A stretch of DNA of 4,202 nt from a virus (Duplodnaviria; Heunggongvirae; Uroviricota; Caudoviricetes): the IMG/VR virus record IMGVR_UViG_2734482572_000006, one strand, 5' to 3'. Position 1 is the stretch's first letter. Every line of letters begins with the position of its first letter. The notes under the pieces are model-generated. The model did not search any database and was not told the DNA's origin. It saw only the letters and a list, made by a program, of their open reading frames with translations. The position numbers were made by a program, and so were the translations under genes. This document shows, piece by piece, positions 1-4,202 of this stretch.

Positions 1-428
1 TACCGGACTCCTCCTGCGATCCCTTCTGATACTGTCATCAGCATTACGTCATCCTCCGTCATGTCCGCCACATCCGGGGAAGCGGGGATAACTTCATTCC
101 CGTCCGGGCCAAAGCGGACACCTCCGGCAAGCCCTGCCGCTTTCTGCATCAGCACATCATCTTCAGGCTCTTCGTCAGCCTCGCGCCGGTTCAGCAGACT
201 GAAATCCAGCGGATGCATCTCCGGATCGCTGAAAAACAGGCTGAGCACGGTGTACGTCAGCCCGGAAAAGTGCATATCCAGCAGAACATCATGAAAATAA
301 TGGGTACTGTAAAAGCGGTGCCAGTCGGCATACTCCGTGGATGACATCCCGGCAAGCATGGCGCGCCAGTCGGGTCGCCCCATCTCACGCGCCAGTTTCA
401 GGGCAAAACTCAGCTCACCGTCGAACAC
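1..428 (-). CDS. T: Tail assembly chaperone T-frame segment, made only as a G-T fusion by -1 frameshift; partial, its last ~7 nt and stop lie left of position 1
   Basis: My own minus-strand translation in the -1 frame relative to G, from the GTG at 428..426, reads VFDGELSFALKLAREMGRPDWRAMLAGMSSTEYADWHRF...MTVSEGIAGGVR with no stop down to position 1. This matches my recollection of lambda gpT. It has no start codon or RBS of its own, as expected for a frameshift-only product. Not in the ORF track because its stop is outside the window. Confidence 0.85.
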   Translation of the reverse strand, partial: MFDGELSFALKLAREMGRPDWRAMLAGMSSTEYADWHRFYSTHYFHDVLLDMHFSGLTYTVLSLFFSDPEMHPLDFSLLNRREADEEPEDDVLMQKAAGLAGGVRFGPDGNEVIPASPDVADMTEDDVMLMTVSEGIAGGVR

Positions 429-933
429 TTTCCCGCAGAAACAGGCTCTGCAGGCCCGGCGTCCTCTGTCTGTTCAGGAGCATCATTCACCACAAACTCA
501 NNNNNNNNNNNNNNNNNNNNNNNNNNNNNNNNNNNNNNNNNNNNNNNNNNNNNNNNNNNNNNNNNNNNNNNNNNNNNNNNNNNNNNNNNNNNNNNNNNNN
601 NNNNNNNNNNNNNNNNNNNNNNNNNNNNNNNNNNNNNNNNNNNNNNNNNNNNNNNNNNNNNNNNNNNNNNNNNNNNNNNNNNNNNNNNNNNNNNNNNNNN
701 NNNNNNNNNNNNNNNNNNNNNNNNNNNNNNNNNNNNNNNNNNNNNNNNNNNNNNNNNNNNNNNNNNNNNNNTCTGATGGCGTCTTCCACAGTAAACTTCC
801 GGTTGCTGTCTGACTCCGCCTGTTCTGCCTGCCGTTTCATCAGGGCGAGATGCTCAATACGCTGCAGGGCTGACAGTTCAGAAAGCGTGACGGTCACACC
901 GTTATGTTCAAATGATTCGGTTTTCAGGAACAT
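410..933 (-). CDS. G: Tail assembly chaperone G, interrupted by N run 501..771; N-terminal part visible at 772..933, C-terminal part at 410..500
   Basis: ATG at 933..931 lies 15 nt after the V stop, preceded by a GGAGAG Shine-Dalgarno-like motif. The N-terminus MFLKTESFEHNGVTVTLSELSALQRIEHLALMKRQAEQAESDSNRKFTVEDAIR matches lambda gpG as I recall it. Below the gap the G frame reads ...EFVVNDAPEQTEDAGPAEPVSAGKCSTVS and stops at TGA 412..410. The track ORF ending SLW* at 487 is a different frame joined through the Ns. Confidence 0.85.
428..434 (-). promoter_or_regulatory. Programmed -1 ribosomal frameshift slippery heptamer G_GGA_AAG (G to G-T fusion)
   Basis: Plus strand 428..434 is ctttccc, so the minus strand reads GGGAAAG, with GGA and AAG as zero-frame codons of G, 6 codons before the G stop. 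The -1 frame is open from here to the window edge and encodes the T sequence. Confidence 0.85.
501..771. other. N run (271 nt), sequence unknown, inside G
   Basis: Literal n characters. Flanking G segments are in different frames relative to each other, and the run is about 100 nt longer than a lambda-length G (140 aa) would need. Confidence 0.9.
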
Positions 934-948
934 CGCTGACTCTCCGGA

Positions 949-1689
949 TTAACTGGCGGTGACGTTGATTTCTGCAACCGCAGCAAACTCACCATTACCA
1001 GATACGACCGGAATGTTGACCTTGCCTGCAGCAACACCTTTCACGGTGATGGTCATACCACTGACCGACACGGTGGCTTTTGTTTTATCCGCAGACACCG
1101 CACGGAAGCTCTTGTCGGTTGCGCCATCCGGCTGGAATGCCACGGTCAGCGTGGTGCTCTGCCCTTTCACTACGGAAGCACTGGCGGGTGTCACCGTCAT
1201 GCCGGTCGTCGCCGTCACCGTGCTGCGATCTTCTGCCATCGACGGACGTCCCACATTGGTGACCTTCACCGTGCGGGTAATCACCTCCTTCGCCGTCACC
1301 GCCTTACCGATACTGCTGACCCAGCCACGGAACACATCGACCGTGCCGTTCGGGAAGCGGATTTTATAGGCACGGGTATCACCTTCATTAAACCACGCCA
1401 GCAGCGCCTGCTGCCCCTGCTCTCCGGGCATCCACGCCAGCGTGAAGCTGGTATCTCCGGCAGATTTCTGCCCCTGCCCGGTCGCAGTCCAGTCTGCATC
1501 TTCATCATCGAGATAGCTGTCGTCATAGGACTCAGCGGTCAGTTCGCCGGGCGTCAGGTCTTTAACTTTTGCCAGACGCGACCAGTCAACGTCTGAAAGC
1601 GGGTTCGCATAAGGGTCACCGCTCCCCTTATAAACCCACAGGGTGGTCCCGGCACCTTTCACCGGCATTGTAGGATTTGGTACAGGCAT
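949..1689 (-). CDS. V: Major tail tube protein V, 246 aa, with C-terminal Ig-like (Big_2-type) domain
   Basis: ATG at 1689..1687 is preceded by GAGGA. The translation [45 protein letters not shown]...[22 protein letters not shown] matches lambda gpV as I recall it. Stop TAA is at 951..949. The track ORF (949..1719) adds 10 upstream codons ([10 protein letters not shown]) that overlap the end of U and lack an RBS. Confidence 0.95.
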   Translation of the reverse strand: MPVPNPTMPVKGAGTTLWVYKGSGDPYANPLSDVDWSRLAKVKDLTPGELTAESYDDSYLDDEDADWTATGQGQKSAGDTSFTLAWMPGEQGQQALLAWFNEGDTRAYKIRFPNGTVDVFRGWVSSIGKAVTAKEVITRTVKVTNVGRPSMAEDRSTVTATTGMTVTPASASVVKGQSTTLTVAFQPDGATDKSFRAVSADKTKATVSVSGMTITVKGVAAGKVNIPVVSGNGEFAAVAEINVTAS

Positions 1690-1696
1690 AGCGTCC

Positions 1697-2092
1697 TCAC
1701 ATTTCATAGATAATGACATAAGTCAGATCGGCTGAACTCCACAGGCCCGCATCATCGTCGCGCCGGTAGTCATAGCCGCTGGCCACCATACTGGTGATCA
1801 AATCTGACAGTGCCGGGATATCGCTCATCACAGGATAAATCCGGGACTCCATCCACGAATCCAGCTCTGAATCCGGCACCTGAGCAGGCAGGAAAACTTC
1901 AATATGCAGCTCCGCCTGCCAGGTATCGCTGTCCAGCTCTTCGCCCGTGTATTCAGCGCCGGTGAGATAAACGGCAATTGCCGGAAAATCTTCCTCATCA
2001 AAAACAGCGGGGCGACCATCAAAAAGCGTCGCCCCGGTGTCATGCTTCTCCAGTGCATCCAGTACGGCTGCACGGAGTTCAGTATGTTTCAT
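1697..2092 (-). CDS. U: Tail terminator protein U, 131 aa
   Basis: The [59 protein letters not shown]... matches lambda gpU as I recall it. Its ATG (2092..2090) overlaps the Z stop TGA (2091..2089) as ATGA. Its stop is 7 nt before the V start. Confidence 0.95.
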   Translation of the reverse strand: MKHTELRAAVLDALEKHDTGATLFDGRPAVFDEEDFPAIAVYLTGAEYTGEELDSDTWQAELHIEVFLPAQVPDSELDSWMESRIYPVMSDIPALSDLITSMVASGYDYRRDDDAGLWSSADLTYVIIYEM

Positions 2093-2550
2093 CGCTTTAT
2101 TACCATCCTCAGTTGATGCTGCAGCGCATAGCCCAGCTCTTTCGGAAGACGTTCACGCCGTATCCGTTCAATATTCTGTTTAAACGCCGTGGTCAGCGGC
2201 ACCGCCATCGGGATTTTCACCACATCAATGGGGTAACGGTTTTTCCCGGCCACACGCTGCATAACATGCCACCGGCCGTTTTTCAGTTGCTGAATAAACG
2301 CGCCGGGAATACGACGGTTACCCACCACAAGCACGCTGCCGCCACCTTTCAGGGATGAACGCTGCCCCTTTTTATGACGCCTGCGGCGGGACAGGACAAC
2401 CCGCGCATTACCCAGCTTGATTACGGGCAAATCCCCCCGGTTAACTTTGATTCTGGCCTGCGGATTTTTGACCGTGGCCCTTTTCAGCCTGGCCCTTTCC
2501 TTTACCAGTTTCCGGCGTACCTTTGTCTCACGGGCAACCTGTGACGCAGA
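2089..2550 (-). CDS. Z: Tail completion protein Z, visible C-terminal 153 codons plus stop; the N-terminal ~39 codons and start lie inside N run 2551..2814
   Basis: The visible translation [153 protein letters not shown] matches lambda gpZ from about residue 40 to the end. Stop TGA is at 2091..2089. Confidence 0.9.
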   Translation of the reverse strand, partial: SASQVARETKVRRKLVKERARLKRATVKNPQARIKVNRGDLPVIKLGNARVVLSRRRRHKKGQRSSLKGGGSVLVVGNRRIPGAFIQQLKNGRWHVMQRVAGKNRYPIDVVKIPMAVPLTTAFKQNIERIRRERLPKELGYALQHQLRMVIKR

Positions 2551-2814
2551 NNNNNNNNNNNNNNNNNNNNNNNNNNNNNNNNNNNNNNNNNNNNNNNNNN
2601 NNNNNNNNNNNNNNNNNNNNNNNNNNNNNNNNNNNNNNNNNNNNNNNNNNNNNNNNNNNNNNNNNNNNNNNNNNNNNNNNNNNNNNNNNNNNNNNNNNNN
2701 NNNNNNNNNNNNNNNNNNNNNNNNNNNNNNNNNNNNNNNNNNNNNNNNNNNNNNNNNNNNNNNNNNNNNNNNNNNNNNNNNNNNNNNNNNNNNNNNNNNN
2801 NNNNNNNNNNNNNN
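2551..2814. other. N run (264 nt), sequence unknown, spanning the FII 3' end, FII-Z spacer and Z 5' end
   Basis: Literal n characters. A lambda-like arrangement would need about 275 nt here (147 + 11 + 117). Confidence 0.9.
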
Positions 2815-3021
2815 AGTCCGGACAAACAGGGACGGGCTGGAGCCTTCAACGCGCACGCCCTGTCCGGCATAGCTGATATTTTCAGGGTCATCAAAAACAC
2901 CACGTATCACCGCACCTGACTGCTCACCGGATGTCATGGTGGCTGACGTTCCCATGTACCCGCGTATCGTTTCATCGGCGCGGGCAATGGCAGCATCGAA
3001 CAGGTTATCGAAATCAGCCAC
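2815..3021 (-). CDS. FII: Head-tail joining (head completion) protein FII, visible N-terminal 69 codons; the C-terminal ~48 codons and stop lie inside N run 2551..2814
   Basis: A GTG start at 3021..3019, translated as M by the ORF track, is preceded by GGGAGG and lies 11 nt after the FI stop. The translation MADFDNLFDAAIARADETIRGYMGTSATMTSGEQSGAVIRGVFDDPENISYAGQGVRVEGSSPSLFVRT matches the lambda gpFII N-terminus as I recall it. The 310-aa track ORF 2089..3021 is an artefactual FII+Z fusion through the Ns. Confidence 0.9.
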
Positions 3022-3032
3022 AGCGCCTCCCG

Positions 3033-3431
3033 TTATTGCATTCTGGCCAGGCCGCGCTCTGTCATTTCGGCTGCCACACCGGCAGAGACACGAAACGCCG
3101 TTCCCGGCAGCACAAATGCCACAGGTTTATCCCGCGTGGCGTGAAGTGCATCAGTATGCAGCGTCACCAGTGCCACGACCGTGACCAGTTCAGCCGTATC
3201 CTGAATCACGGTATCCGGCTGCGCTGATACCACCTCATTTTCATGCCCGGTCAGCACATTTTCCCGGCTGAGAGGGGTGTCCTGACCGGCAGTTTCATCC
3301 GTGTCATCAAGCTCTTCTTCCAGCTCTGCCACACGAAGCGCCAGTTCTTCTTTCGTTCCCGTCAAACTGACATCGCGGTTCAATTGCTCACCCAGCTCCT
3401 GAAGACGGGCAATCAGTTCATCTTTCGTCAT
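3033..3431 (-). CDS. FI: Head assembly / DNA packaging accessory protein FI, 132 aa
   Basis: ATG at 3431..3429 is preceded by GGAGGAG. The translation MTKDELIARLQELGEQLNRDVSLTGTKEELALRVAELEEELDDTDETAGQDTPLSRENVLTGHENE...AEMTERGLARMQ matches lambda gpFI with a few substitutions relative to my recollection. Stop TAA is at 3035..3033. The track ORF (3033..3470) starts at an upstream M inside the E-FI spacer and hairpin. Confidence 0.93.
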   Translation of the reverse strand: MTKDELIARLQELGEQLNRDVSLTGTKEELALRVAELEEELDDTDETAGQDTPLSRENVLTGHENEVVSAQPDTVIQDTAELVTVVALVTLHTDALHATRDKPVAFVLPGTAFRVSAGVAAEMTERGLARMQ

Positions 3432-3442
3432 GAACTCCTCCA

Positions 3443-3470
3443 CAGAGAGAAAATGGCCCCGAAGGGCCAT
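3443..3470 (-). other. Predicted RNA stem-loop (7-bp GC-rich stem, UUCG tetraloop) followed by a U/C-rich tract, in the E-FI intergenic spacer
   Basis: The minus-strand (mRNA-sense) sequence just after the E stop is AUGGCCC-UUCG-GGGCCAU followed by UUUCUCUCUG. Plus 3453..3459 (atggccc) is the exact reverse complement of plus 3464..3470 (gggccat). Function is inferred only. Confidence 0.5.
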
Positions 3471-3472
3471 GA

Positions 3473-4202
3473 TTACGCCAGTTGAACGGACACGAACTCA
3501 TCAGGATCAGCCAGCAGCATCAGCGGTGCTGACTGAATCATGGTGAACTCACGCGCCGGATCGCCGGTGGTCACCCAGTTTTTCGGGTAACGGGCAGAAG
3601 CGTTAATGCCTTCGCGCTGTGCGTCCGCATCCTGAATGCAGCCATAGGTGCGCAGACCGCGAGCCTGAGTGTTCCCCAGCACCATCGTGTTGTCCGGCAG
3701 GAAGTTCTTTTTGACGCCGTTTTCCACGTACTGTCCGGAATACACGACGATGGCCACATCGCCATACATTCCCTNNNNNNNNNNNNNNNNNNNNNNNNNN
3801 NNNNNNNNNNNNNNNNNNNNNNNNNNNNNNNNNNNNNNNNNNNNNNNNNNNNNNNNNNNNNNNNNNNNNNNNNNNNNNNNNNNNNNNNNNNNNNNNNNNN
3901 NNNNNNNNNNNNNNNNNNNNNNNNNNNNNNNNNNNNNNNNNNNNNNNNNNNNNNNNNNNNNNNNNNNNNNNNNNNNNNNNNNNNNNNNNNNNNNNNNNNN
4001 NGTTGTTCGCCGCACTGCGGCCCATATCCACCTCAACCGGATCGAAGGCTTCACCGGTCATGGTGTATTTGCCCTTGAGCACGGCAGAAACTGCCTGCAT
4101 CTCTTCGACCTGAGCAATGGCCAGCTCTTCGTCACGCATGTTCTGCATGATGATGCGACGGCGGCGGTAAGCCGGGTCCGCCAGATTCTGCGGATCTTCA
4201 TC
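3473..4202 (-). CDS. E: Major capsid protein E (HK97-fold), partial: N-terminal ~100 codons lie right of the window, with an internal N run at 3775..4001
   Basis: My translation of 4202..4002 gives DEDPQNLADPAYRRRRIIMQNMRDEELAIAQVEEMQAVSAVLKGKYTMTGEAFDPVEVDMGRSAANN. Translation of 3772..3476 gives GMYGDVAIVVYSGQYVENGVKKNFLPDNTMVLGNTQARGLRTYGCIQDADAQREGINASARYPKNWVTTGDPAREFTMIQSAPLMLLADPDEFVSVQLA. Both match lambda gpE as I recall it. Stop TAA is at 3475..3473, 41 nt before the FI start. Confidence 0.93.
3775..4001. other. N run (227 nt), sequence unknown, inside E
   Basis: Literal n characters. The E reading frame differs by one position between the two flanks (227 is not a multiple of 3), and a lambda-length E would need about 238 nt. 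Confidence 0.9.

Noticed and set aside
487-933. Track ORF of 148 aa taken as full-length G ending ...SLW*
   Set aside because: The part below the N run is in a different frame from the true G C-terminus (...PVSAGKCSTVS*, stop at 410..412). The ORF is joined only because the Ns contain no stops.
61-952. Plus-strand ORFs 61..294, 337..813 and 341..952
   Set aside because: They are antisense to T and G, which have strong homology-based identities. Two of them owe most of their length to the N run being read as X with no stops. No RBS or recognisable protein.
959-1526. ORFs 959..1369 (+), 1080..1262 (+) and 1296..1526 (-)
   Set aside because: Antisense or alternate-frame shadow ORFs entirely inside the V gene. 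Low-complexity Ala/Thr/Val/Pro/Arg-rich translations typical of reading a GC-rich gene out of frame.
1689-1719. Upstream extension [10 protein letters not shown] of the V ORF (start at 1719)
   Set aside because: It overlaps the 3' end of U and has no RBS. The ATG at 1689 has GAGGA upstream and gives the recognised gpV N-terminus MPVPNPT.
1828-2358. ORFs 1828..2073 (-), 1904..2116 (+) and 1978..2358 (+)
   Set aside because: Alternate-frame or antisense ORFs within U and Z, with no independent support.
2417-2903. ORFs 2417..2872 (+), 2523..2876 (+) and 2502..2903 (-)
   Set aside because: Almost entirely N-run-derived X residues; not real coding evidence.
2089-3021. Single 310-aa minus-strand ORF
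   Set aside because: Artefactual fusion of FII (N-terminal 69 aa) and Z (C-terminal 153 aa) through an N run that cannot contain stop codons. In lambda these are separate genes in different frames.
3431-3470. N-terminal extension MALRGHFLSVEEF of the FI ORF (start at 3470)
   Set aside because: It would begin inside the E-FI hairpin with no RBS. The ATG at 3431 has a GGAGGAG RBS and gives the conserved MTKDELIARL N-terminus.
2931-3485. Plus-strand ORFs 2931..3227, 2936..3184 and 3243..3485
   Set aside because: Antisense to FII, FI and the E 3' end. Arg/His/Cys-rich nonsense-like translations.
3571-3765. 64-aa minus-strand ORF inside E
   Set aside because: Alternate frame within the major capsid gene, with no RBS and no homology.
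1-4202. Search for CRISPR repeats, tRNA or other RNA genes, transposon ends, or a novel defence or accessory system
   Set aside because: No direct-repeat/spacer periodicity, no tRNA-like structure, no terminal inverted repeats and no unexplained intergenic space. Every visible segment is accounted for by densely packed lambdoid structural genes. Any novelty would have to lie inside the N runs, which cannot be assessed.

Overview
The window is an ordinary lambda-type (lambdoid phage or prophage) head-completion and tail-shaft morphogenesis block, with no novel system evident. All genes are on the minus strand in the canonical lambda order (right to left): major capsid E (partial, runs off the right edge), FI, FII, Z, U, V, G and T (T runs off the left edge; tape-measure H would start exactly at position 1). 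Intergenic spacings recalled for lambda are reproduced (E-FI 41 nt, FI-FII 11 nt, Z/U ATGA overlap, U-V 7 nt, V-G 15 nt), and the G-T -1 frameshift heptamer G_GGA_AAG is present. Three N runs (501-771, 2551-2814, 3775-4001) interrupt G, the FII/Z junction and E; their lengths do not fit the flanking reading frames, so what they replace is unknown. Identifications rest on protein sequences recalled from memory, not on a database search. Every long plus-strand ORF in the track is an antisense or N-run artefact.
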